Source: Mobula hypostoma
Taxonomy: Eukaryota
Length of the DNA stretch: 64,000 nucleotides
Reading direction: 5' to 3'
NCBI RefSeq assembly: GCF_963921235.1
Contig: NC_086108.1
Span: 43,216,001 to 43,280,000 of the forward strand
A program made the position numbers and the translations under genes. Under the pieces are notes generated by a model. That model ran no database searches. It was not told the DNA's origin and saw only the letters and a program-made list of their open reading frames with translations. Below, piece after piece: positions 11,761-22,279 of this stretch; the first letter of the stretch is position 1; the number at the start of each line of letters is the position of its first letter.

Positions 11761-14695
11761 CTCTGTCTAGTCCTTCCAGCATTTGAAAGGCTTCAATGAG
11801 ATCCCCCTCACCCTTCTAAATTCCAGCGAGTGTAACCCCGGACCCAACAAACGATCCTCTTATGTAACCCTTTCCTTCCCGGAATCATGCTTGTGAACCT
11901 CCTCTGAACCCTCTCCAATGCCAGCACCTCTTTCCTTAGATATGGAGCCCAAAAATGTTTACAATACTCAAGGTGAGGCCTCACCAGTGCCTTATAAAGC
12001 CTCAGCTTCACATCCCTGCTCTTGTATTCTGGACCTCTTGAAATAAATACTAACATTGCATTTGTCTTCTTAACCACCAACTCAACCTGCAACCTTTAGG
12101 GTGTTAGGTACAAGGACTCCCAAGTCCCTTTGCATCTCAGATTTTTGGATTTTCTCTCCATGTGGAAGATAGTCTGCACATTTACTTCTGCTACCAAAGT
12201 GCATCAACATGCATTTTCCAACGTTGTATTTCATTTGCCACTTCCTTGTCCATTCTCCTAATCTGTCTAAATCCTTCTGCAGCCTTCTTGTTTCCTTAAC
12301 ACTACCTACCTCTCCACCAATCTTCATATCATCTGCAAACTTGGCAACAAAGCCATCTATTCTATTATCTAAATCGTTGATATACAGCAGTCCCAGCACT
12401 GACCCCTGTAGAACACCACTAGTCACTGGCAGCCAACCAGACATGGATCCTTTTATTCCCACTCACTGCCTCCTACCAATCAACCAATGCTCTAACCATG
12501 CCTGTAACTTTCCTGTAGTACCATGGGCTCTTAATTTAGTAAGCAGCCTCACGTGTGGCACCTTGTCAAAGGCCTTCTGAAAGTCCAAATATACAACATC
12601 CACTGCATCCCCCTTGTCTATCCTACTTGTAACCTCCTCAAAGATTAACAGGTTTGTCAGGCAAGATATTCCCTTAAGGAGGCCATGCTGGCTTTGTCCT
12701 ATCTTGTCCTATGTCACCAAGTTCTCCATAACCTCATCCTTAACAACTGACTCCAGCATCTTCCCAACCACTGAGGTCAGGCTAATTGGTCTATAATTTC
12801 CTTTCTGCTGCCTTCCTCCTTTCTTAAAGAGTGGAGTGACATTTGCAATTTTCTAGTCCTCTGGCACTGTGCCAGAATCCAATGATAGTTGAAAGATCAA
12901 TACTAATGCATCCATAATATCTACTGCTACTTCTTTCAGAACCCTGGGGTTCAGTCATCTGGTCTGGGTGACTTATGTACCTTTCGGTCTTTCAGCATTT
13001 TGAGCACCTTCTCCCTTGTAATAGTAACTGCACCCACTTCTCTTCCCTCACACCCTTCAACATCTGGCACACTGGTAGTGTCTTCCACTGTGAAGACCGA
13101 TACAAAATACTCATTTAGTGAATTTCCCATCTCCTTGTCCCCTGTTATTATTTCTCCAGCCTCATTTCCTAACTTCCTATATCGACTCTCATTTCTCCTT
13201 TATTTTTTACATACTTGAGAAAGCTTTTACTATCCACTTTGATATTGTTTGCTACCGTGCTTTCCTATTTCATCATTTCCCTCTTAATGATTCTTCTAGT
13301 TGCTCTCTGTAGGTTTTTAAAAGCTACCCAATTCTCTTGCTTCCTGCTAATTTTTGCATTATTGTATGATCTCTCTCTTGCTTTTACATTAGTTTTGACT
13401 TCTTTTGTCAGTCATGGTTGTACTATTTTGCCATTTGAGTATTCCTTCATTTTTGGAATACATCTATCCTGCACCTTCCTCATTTTTCCCAGAAACTCAT
13501 ACCATTTCTGCTTTGCTGTCATCACTGCCAGCATCTCCTTCCAATTTACTTTGGCCAGCTCCTCTCTCATACCACTGTAATTTCCTTCACTCCACTGAAA
13601 TACTGCTACATCAGACTTTACTTTCTCCCTATCAAATTTCAAGTTGAACTCAGTCATATTGTGATCACTGTCTCCTAAGGGTTCTTTTACCTTAAGCTCC
13701 CTAATCACGAACTATTCTTTACGTAAGACCCAATCCAGTATAGCTGATCCCCTGGTAGGATCAATGACAAATTGCTCTAAAAAGCCATCTCCTCTGCATT
13801 CTCCAAACTCACTCTCCTGACATACATTACCAACTTGATTTTCCCAATCGACTTGCACGTTAAAATTTCCCAACTATCATAGCATTGCCCTTTTGACACG
13901 CCTTTTCTATTTCCTATTGTAATTTGTGGTCCACATCCCAGCTACTGTTGGAAGGTCTGTATATCTGCCATCAGGATCTTTTTACCCTTGCAGTTTCTTA
14001 ACTCAACGCACAAGGATTCAACATCTTCCAATCCTATGTCACATCTTTGTACTGATTTGATGTCATTCTTTACCAGCAGAGCCACACAAACCCCTCTGCC
14101 TACATTCATATCGCTCTGATACAACCTTGGACATTCAGATCCCATTTACAACCATCCTTGATTCAGTGGTGGCCACACATCATACTTGACAATATCTAGT
14201 AGTGCAACAAGATTATTTCTTATACTCCGTGCATTGAGATTTAACACTTTGAGTACTATATTTGCTACCTTTTTTGATCCTGCATCCCTAATGCACTGAT
14301 ATTCACCCTGCTGGCTGCAACTTTGTCCTATCATCTGCCTGTCCTTCCTGACAGTCAGACTATATGCTATCTTTGCTTTTTTACCATCCATCCTATCCTG
14401 ACTCCCTTCACTCCGGTTCCCACTCCCCTGCCAAATTAGTTTAAACCCTTCCCAACAGCCCTAACAAGCCTGACCACAAGAATATTGGTCCAGGTGCAAC
14501 CCACCTCTTTTGTACAAGTCATACCTCCCCCAAAAGAAATCCCAGTGATCAAAGAACCTGAAGCCCTGCCCCCTGCACCAGCTTCTCAGCTACACATTTA
14601 TCTGCCAGATTATCCTGTTTCTACCCTCATTATGCATGGCACAAGTAGCAATCCAGAAATTACTACCCTGGAGGTCCTGCTTCTCAGCTTTCTAT

Positions 14696-15176
14696 CGGTC
14701 AGTGGGTGCCGTCCCGAATCCGGGGTTGGTGGCTATGCACATCCATCTTCTTCGATCTTGTGACAGCAGTGAGTACAGCCTCTCCTCCAGCTTGTTCTCG
14801 CTGGCTGCCTTGGCACCGCCCACCACCACCCCTGCCGAACTCGAACCCAGGGCCGTGTCGGCCTCCAGTTGCGGCCGCTTCTTCAAGCTCGGCCCTTCCT
14901 TAGGCGGAGGCCTTGGGCAGGTCCAGGCACATGGTGCAGCACCCAAGTTCATCATGTCTCTTCTAACTAAGTGCATAGCATACGATTCGTAGATATGTGG
15001 TAAGGCTTCAATCTCTTCCACAGAAGATGGTCATTGGCTCACAAGGAGCTCATCCACCCTTTGTCAGGTCTTGTTTCTTTTTAGTCCTGCTGGGTGTCCT
15101 CACACCCTCCTCACCAGACTAAGTCCGGTGGGGGAGCTGGCCCAAGTCGCCGACCACTCGACCACGGCCCTGGCCG
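14696..15176 (-). mobile_element. 481-bp composite RTE-like insertion in CR1 ORF1, 10-bp TSD
   Basis: TSD AGCTTTCTAT at 14686-14695 and 15177-15186. RTE-type C-terminal remnant VRRDMMNLG...QDRRRW, split by a gene fragment. Confidence 0.65.
14764..14941 (-). pseudogene. CYHR1: Circularly permuted fragment of the CYHR1/ZFTRAF1 coding sequence
   Basis: 14941-14906 encodes [12 protein letters not shown], and 14904-14764 encodes [14 protein letters not shown]...[12 protein letters not shown]. The recalled native order is ..KKR..[25 protein letters not shown]. Confidence 0.8.
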
Positions 15177-16596
15177 AGCTTTCTATATAGCTCTCTAAAT
15201 TCACTCTTCTGGACCTCATTGCTTTTCCTTCCTATGTTATTGGTACCAATATGTACCAAGACATCTGGAAACTCTCTCTCCCTCTTCAAAATGCACCTGG
15301 GAGGCAACATACCATCTGGGTGTCTCATTCATGTCCACAGAATCTCTTGTTTGTTCCTCTGACTCTTGAGTCCGCCATCACTACCGTTCCCTTCTTCTAC
15401 CTCATTCTCTTCTGCACCAGAAACCTATGCTCAGTGCCAGTAACCTGGTCTCCGTGGTATTCCCCTGGGAGGTTGTCCTCCACAACAGTATCCAAAACTG
15501 TATACTTCTTACTGAGCAGTACTTATTAAATGGTATGTGTAAACCACCCCTGTCTGGCACCAACAGTCAATTCACGTGAAAGTCACTTAGGTCATAGTTC
15601 TTACCCATTCTGATTTTTGGTGTCAATAACAACTGAACCTCTTGACCACGCCTGCATGCTTTTATGTACTGAGTTGCTGCCACACAAATGATTGATTAGA
15701 TACTTGCATTAATAAACACGTGTACCTAATAAAGTGGCCACAGAGTGTATGTGTGTTGCACCATTCAGTCTTTCTTCAAACTCATAGTTTAGAGGCATTT
15801 AAGCTCTCATACCTCACCTGGTAAATCTTGATGATGTCCCACATCATAGGTATCTTTTTTTTTAAAATACTGTAGTTCTTAGTGAGAAGGCAGAGTCTGC
15901 GAGGTCAGAGTTTATATACACATTCCTAGTTTTCTTTAGGAAGGTGATAGTGGATCTTTTCTTCATTTTGCTGCGGTTTGCTTTTACTTAGTTTCTACGA
16001 TTTTTAAGCAAAAGATATCAAACTCCAGAAGGTGACATAAGAGACAGCAGATACCCTTCCATTTCCACCTCCTCCAAATACATTTCTAGCTCAGCATCCA
16101 GCTACTTTGCCTATGCTCACCTTGAATCAACAAACTAATTTCGAAGTCAGTAGCTGGCAAGTTAACTGTGCATCACTCCGTTACATAATAATTTAACATC
16201 TACACCGTGAGCTAATATGGGAAATGGAATAGGAAAGATTGCAAGTTTATTTAGGAATGATTTATTTAGAGAACTTAATAACAAACAGTAAGTATCTAAA
16301 GTAGAAAGGCCAGATTCAATCTCAAATTTATCTGATTTTACTAATTTTGCCTACCTATAGGATTCAGTGTGCAAGGAGGGAGTTATTGTCCAACGAATAA
16401 AGCATTGAAGACTAGTTGCTTCAATCACATTTAGTAACCAATAAGTATCCAACTCGATGTTCCCACTAAACAGTTAGTCTACTGTTGAATGCTTGATTCA
16501 CCCACCACTTCATAAGTGTTCAACATAGGGTTTTATCTACATCCAGTTTCTATGCGCTTATGTTAAATCAATGTTAACTGTTGATTTACATAACGA

Positions 16597-17188
16597 TCTC
16601 TGTGGGATTGAGTTCAAGATCCATGAGGAAATGTTGCAGCTATACAAGACCTTGGTCAGACTCCACTTGGTCACCTCATTACAGGAAGGATGTGGAGCCC
16701 ATAGAGAGAGTGCAGAGGAGATTTACAAGGATGTTGCCTGGATTGGATGGTGTACCTTATGAGAGTAGGTTGAGTGTATTTGGCTTTTTCTCCTTGGAGC
16801 GACAGAGGGTGAGAGGTGACCTGATTGAGGTGTATAAGGTGATGAGGGACATTGATTGTGTAGATAGCCAGAGGCTTTTTCCCGGGGCTGAAATGGTTAA
16901 AAAGAGAGGGCATAGCTTTAAGGTGCTTGGAAGTAGGTACAAGGGGAATGTCAATGGGAAGTTTTTCACACAGAGAGTGGTGGGTGCATGGAATGCACTG
17001 CTGGTGGTTGTGGTGGAGGCGGATACAATAGGGTCTTTTAAGAGCCTCATAGATAGGTACATGGAACTTTGCAAAATATATGCTAGGGAAATTCTAGGCA
17101 GTCTCTGGAGTAGGTTACATGGTCCGCACAACATTGTGGGCCAAAGGGTCTGTAATGTGCTGTAGATTTCTATAATCTATATTCTATG
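16597..17188 (+). mobile_element. CR1 3' fragment
   Basis: WSPHYRKD...RVQRRFTRMLPG...FFTQRVVGAWNAL and a ttcta tail. Confidence 0.9.
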
Positions 17189-17265
17189 AATCCTCCAAAT
17201 GTCGTGTAACATTGCTCACTAATGTGTAAAATTTCTCCCCTTAATAAATGCACATAGATTAAAAT

Positions 17266-17423
17266 AACACACACAAAATGCTACAGGAACTCAGCAGGCC
17301 AGGCAGCATCTATGGAAAAAAAAATACAGTCGATGTTTCGTTTCGACAGGACTGAGTTCCTCCAGCATTTTGTGAGTGTTTTGCTTGGGTTTCCAGATCT
17401 GCAGATTTTCTCTTGTTTGTGAT
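17266..17423. mobile_element. Penelope-derived fold-back mini-element with 12-bp TSD
   Basis: Inverted arms plus tail. TSD ATAGATTAAAAT at 17254-17265 and 17424-17435. Confidence 0.85.
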
Positions 17424-17435
17424 ATAGATTAAAAT

Positions 17436-18750
17436 GTTTATATACTGGAAATCACATAATCTGATTCGGGATAGTCAGCATGGCCTTGTCAAGGGTAGGT
17501 CATGCCTTATGAGACTGATTGAATTCTTTGAGGATTTAACAAGACACATCGATGAAGGTACAGCTGTGGATGTAGTACATATGGATTTCAGTAAGGCATT
17601 TGATAAGATGCCCCATCCAAGGCTCCTTCAGAAAGTAAGGAGGCATGGGATCCAAGGAGACCTTGTTTTGTGGATCCAGAATTGGCTTGTTCACAGAAGG
17701 CAAAATGTAGTTGTAGATGGTTCGTATTCTGCATGGAGGTCAGTGACCAGTGGTGTTCTGCAGGGATCTGTTCTGGGACCCCTCCTCTTTGTGATTTTTA
17801 TAAATGACCTGGATGAGAAATAGAAGGGTGCGTTAGTAAGTTTGCTGATGACACAAAGGCTGGGGGTGTTGTGGATAGTCTGGAGGGTTGTCAGGGGTTA
17901 CAGTGGGACATCGATAGGATGAGAACTGGGCTGAGAAGTGGCGGATGGACTTCAACCCAGATAAGTGCGAAGTGGTTCATTTTGATAGGTTAAATTTGAA
18001 GACAGAATATAATATTAATGGTAAGACTCTTGGCAGTGTGGAGGATCTGAGATATCTTGGGGTCCGTGTCCATAGGACACTCAAAGCTGCTGCACAGGTT
18101 GACAGTGTTGTTAAGGTGGTGTGTGGTGTGTTGGCATCCATCTACTGTGGGATTGAGTTCAAGTACCCTGAGGTAATGTTACAGCTATATACGAGCTTGG
18201 ATAGACCCCACTTGGAGTACTATGTTCACTTCTGATCACCTCACTACAGGAAGGATGTGGATACTATAGAGAGAGTGCAGAGGAGATTTACAAGGATGTT
18301 GCCTGGGTTGGAGAGCAGGCCTTATGAGAATAGGTTGAGTGAACTTGGCCTTTTCTCCTTGGAGCGACGGAGGATAAGAAGTGACCTGATAGAGGTGTAC
18401 AAGATGATGCAAGGCATTGATCGTGTGGATAGTCAGAGGCTTTTTCCCAGGGCTGAAATGGCTAACCCAGGGAGCATAGTTTTAAGGTGCTTGGAAATAG
18501 GTACTGAAGGGATGTCAGGGTAAGTTTTTCCACACAGAGTGGTGGGTGCGTGGAATGCACTGCAGGTAGCTGTGGTAGAGGCGGATATAACAGGGTCTTT
18601 TAAGACCTCTTAGATAGGTACATGGAGCTTAGAAAAACAGAGGGCTATGCACTAGGGAAATTCTAGGCGATTTCTAGAGTAGGTTACATGGTCTGCACAA
18701 CATTGTGGGCCAAAGGGCCTGTAATATGCTGTAAATTTCTGTTCTATGTA
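17436..18750 (+). mobile_element. Decayed CR1 ORF2/3' fragment
   Basis: [35 protein letters not shown]; in-frame stops. Confidence 0.9.
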
Positions 18751-20069
18751 AGTCAATTCTGTAGTTAAAGAAACGTCAGTACTACAGTAATTAACCTGAT
18801 AATGAGAACTTCTTTAAATAAAAACTATTTATTAAAACTAACAACATCAGTCATAATGCGGAACCAGGTCCTTCAGCTCAACTCGTCCATGCACACCAAG
18901 ATGTCTATCCAAGTTAGTCCCATTTGCCTGCATTTGGCCCATGTCTGTAAACATTTTTTGTCCATTCACCTGTCAAGTCAACGCGCAACATATGCATTTT
19001 TAAAAGGAATAGGATATATAAGAGGTTGGGTTAGGAAGACCCACATTAATTATTATGCCCTTTCTTTCAACATGCACTGTGCTTGGTGGAAGGACGAAAC
19101 AGGAACACGTAAACAAGATAACGTACAGAATAATCAGTGAACAAAACAGAACAAAATAATCGCTTATTTGGCCGTTAATGTGAGAATTCTCACCCTAACA
19201 TATGACTAAGCAGGTTCGAGACAAAGCAACATTAATTAATTACCCTGTTTAAAAGTTCCGGAGTTTTGTTTTAATTATTGAGATACAGCGCTGTCACGCC
19301 GCCCAACGATTCCCGATTTAATCGCGGGACAATTAACAATGACCATTCAACCTACCCGGTATGTGAAATGCTACTGTGCCGCTCCAGTTGCCGTTTCAGT
19401 TTAAACTGTTCAGTAAGAAACATCTGTAAATCAGAAGGCCGCCGAGGGTTCTACAGGCCCTCCACCGTTTTCGTTTGATCACGGAACACGCTGGAGATGT
19501 CACAGAAGGAGCGTAGAGCGCGTTTTTGCCAATTTTCCTGCCCGGTTGACGGCACGAGATTCGGGGCAGTAGCTACTTTCTAAGCAACAACATTCCTCTG
19601 GGCAGAAGCCCGTTCAGAAGTGGGGGACTGTGGGGTTGGGCAGATCTGAAGAGGAAATCATGTAGACCGCAAATCATAGACCGCTCACGCGATTCACATG
19701 GATACGTAATACAGTGTAGGCGTTCAAAAGTAGACTTGTTAATTTATTAACGAAGTACGTCACCATTTACTATATTGAGATTCATTTTCTTGGAGACATT
19801 TACAGAAAACTAATGAAATACAACACAATTTACGAAAACTATATATAAACCAAGGCTGGCTTTCGAATTTTTTTTTGTTTGTAGGTAAATCTTGAAAGGA
19901 GGTGAGATGTTGGGGTGAATTTAGCTCTTCAATGTAAAAAAAACCATTTAAATTACGTAAATAATAAATGCAAGATGTAACTATGATTGCTTTCTGAGCC
20001 CCGGATAAACTCCTGCAGATGCACTATTTAACGTATCCTGACAGGTTGCGTCCTAATGTTGTACGGTCA

Positions 20070-20665
20070 TTCGAATGCGTGGGAATGTAAAGAAGATACA
20101 GAGAGCAGCGCATTCACGGGCACATCACTCCCCCCCCCCCCCCGGTGCATCAACAAGTAGGCACTGCCTTAAGCAGGCAACATCTATCGTCAAAGGCCCC
20201 TCCTTATGGGTCTGTGCCACCTTTTACCATCGGTCCGGAGGCGCGGAAGCCCGAAATTCCAACAGGTTCAAGAATAACAACATCGCTTCAAGCACTCGGT
20301 TCTTGAAACAACCGGGAAAACGCTAACCACCACTAGTTTAATAACACTAAGACCACTCTGATCATTTTGCACTTAACTGGACGTTTTATTTGTTCTAATT
20401 GCGTTTTCCCCCTGTAAAAGTAGTGTATAATCTATGGTTCCCCCCCCCCCGCAAAAGTAGTGTATAATCTATGGTTTTCCCCCTGCAAAGGTAGTGTATA
20501 ATCTATATGGTTTTCCCCCTGCAAAGGTAGTGTATAATCTATGGTTTTCTTGTGACTGCCGCTTATCTGAAGCTATGTGCCTGTGATGGTGCTGCAAGTC
20601 AACTTCTCTTTGCACCTGTGCACACCTGTACTTGTCCCTATGACAATAGACTAGAGTTGACTTTG
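20070..20665 (+). mobile_element. Rex1-like LINE 3' remnant containing a minisatellite
   Basis: CLKQATSIVK..., RFKNN remnant; 3' end gacaatagactagagttgactttg. Confidence 0.5.
20404..20549. repeat. About 35-bp minisatellite, 4 copies
   Basis: Unit ttttccccctgcaaaggtagtgtataatctatgg repeated with small variants. Confidence 0.9.
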
Positions 20666-20910
20666 ATAACGCCCCTAGTTGCTGGGTGCTTCACTTTTGC
20701 TATTCAATCTTCAGCTTCTATGACAGTCCCTCTGTGTCTATTCAAATACGCGTCTCTCGCTGTTAAATTTTACAAGCTTGCAGGCGACCATGGGAAAGTC
20801 GAATGAATAAGTCCATAAAAGTTCCTTTTTTCAGGATTCGGACGTAAGATTTTCTTCCCTACCATTTCACCAGAGTACAGTACCATAGATTGACAGGAGT
20901 TTGTGGAATA

Positions 20911-21498
20911 TTATTCGTGGTACAAAGCAAACACCAGACAGAGTGCGAAGAGCGAATCGTTCTGGAAGCAAAATTCCGCGTATGTGTCCACGGTTGGACT
21001 CCAGACCCCTCTGCTTGAACATGATAGGTCGGAAGTTCGTGTCCCCCCAAGCACCAGGTAGCATACGATCTTGTACCTCTCGTAACCCAAGGCTTTCACC
21101 GCCTTCTTCACACACTCGGCCAGTTCCACGGCTGCCAGCGCCGAGCCCCTGGGCTCGTACTTGGCACCGTTCAGTCTGCTCTCCAGAACCGAGCGAATGG
21201 CGGCCCTCGCTTCTTGCGCTGAGAAGGTTTTGGCCGGCCGGGGCACGTAGGTGTTCTCTGTGGGACGGTCTAGCCTGGTACTGCCGGTGCTGGGCTTCGA
21301 GCGCTGACGGTCCTTCTCTCGTTTCTTCTCCTTCTCCCTTTTACTCGGGAGTCTTGTTTGCTGTCGTTCGATCTCGCTCCCCGCAAGAGCTGAACCCCAT
21401 CTTTTGGAAATCTGGGCACTCCGGGCTTTTGGAAGACAGAAGCCCGGGAAACTCATACATTTCGGTCGTTCAGGCTCGCGGAAGCCGCGGCTTTCCAT
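20911..21498 (-). CDS. Intronless Tctex-1 domain protein (dynein light chain Tctex-type, DYNLT4/DYNLT5-like), 195 aa from the ATG at 21498
   Basis: Uninterrupted GC-rich ORF with an ATG in GCAATGG context. The C-terminal Tctex-1 motifs are ENTY...F...L...L...Y...VK..VK.L...RYKIVC...LG...SR.VW...D.YAE..F.N.SLFA...V.A.Y.E*. Confidence 0.88.
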   Translation of the reverse strand: MESRGFREPERPKCMSFPGFCLPKARSAQISKRWGSALAGSEIERQQTRLPSKREKEKKREKDRQRSKPSTGSTRLDRPTENTYVPRPAKTFSAQEARAAIRSVLESRLNGAKYEPRGSALAAVELAECVKKAVKALGYERYKIVCYLVLGGTRTSDLSCSSRGVWSPTVDTYAEFCFQNDSLFALCLVFALYHE

Positions 21499-21574
21499 TG
21501 CACCGCCGCAGAGATAAGGAGGCACCACTGGGCAGTCCGCTAACTGAGCCGGTGTAAATTCCTGTCGCGATGTA

Positions 21575-21582
21575 TATTTATA
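21575..21582 (-). promoter_or_regulatory. Candidate TATA box (TATAAATA) of the Tctex-1-domain gene
   Basis: TATAAATA about 80 nt upstream of the ATG, within a GC/CpG-rich segment. Confidence 0.4.
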
Positions 21583-22279
21583 AACAGGGATTAGTTAACC
21601 CTTTGTAGTTCTCCAGAGTCCCAACCTGGGCACTCGTGTGTGATCAACCTTCGTGCACATTCCTGGAATAGCCGGGACTTCACTCAGGAAGGAGGAACAT
21701 TTGGATTCAGTCTGAGAGACCACGACTCATAGGAATTGATCGGGGCAGTCTGAAAGCCGTAAATTACAGTATTTCTTTCCAACAGCCCGGCCGCCGCTCA
21801 CTCAGCAAACAGTTCAAAGAATAATTCGGCCCGTTGTTCTGACATTCACTCTCTAGTGTTTGACCCCCAAGATATATCTGATTACTTAGAGAGAGTGACA
21901 AGCACTGCCCAAATCATAGGCTCATCACTTCTCCCATCATCATTGTGCGTTGTATCTGGAAGGCTGACAGTACCATCAAAGGTAGCTGTTACCCTGGTCA
22001 TTCCTTTCTGTTCCTTCTATCTTCTGGGAGAAGATACAGAAGTTTGGAAGCCTGGATGACTAGACCGAAGAACAGTTTCCTCCCCCCCTCCAACCAATCT
22101 CCCTCTTTCCCATCACGTTTCCGGTACTGCTGTGTGTTCTCAAACATTTAATTTCTCTTCGATTAGTGGCCCTTTGGTTTTCTTTTACCACGACGTCAAA
22201 CTTCACTACCATACTTGGCAGGATACTGTTGTTTTAAACACATCACTGTAGATGTTATATTTAACATCTGCAGTGATGT

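Larger units (their letters stand above)
10932..15530 (-). mobile_element. Near full-length decayed CR1 LINE (ORF1 esterase and ORF2 remnants)
   Basis: ORF1 DVLVHIGTNNIGRK; ORF2 LNARSIRN, LGDSDHN, KFADD, YKALVRPHLEYC; 3' tail at about 10935. Confidence 0.9.
10632..15747. mobile_element. Tc1-like non-autonomous DNA transposon split by a 4.6-kb CR1 insertion
   Basis: TA|cactcagttgccactttattgggtac ... gtacctaataaagtggccacagagtg|TA, i.e. inverted termini with TA TSD. Transposase-like remnant RRRMARLFQTDWKA...QITTLYN on the minus strand. Confidence 0.8.

Noticed and set aside
14692..15021. 109-aa ORF as a novel functional gene
   Set aside because: It is a chimera of RTE-like remnants and a permuted CYHR1 piece (the CCTM part is out of frame), with a GTG start.
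15075..15176. Possible HDV-like ribozyme or tRNA-derived head at the 5' end of the RTE-like insert
   Set aside because: Hairpins and an A-box-like TGGTCGAGTGG are present, but I could not build the HDV double pseudoknot by hand and there is no properly spaced B box.
20404..20549. CRISPR-like appearance of 35-bp repeats
   Set aside because: Units are directly tandem with no unique spacers, there are no cas genes, and the context is vertebrate.
20901..21557. 218-aa plus-strand ORF overlapping the Tctex gene
   Set aside because: Antisense shadow of a GC-rich CDS with a non-ATG start and no recognisable motifs.
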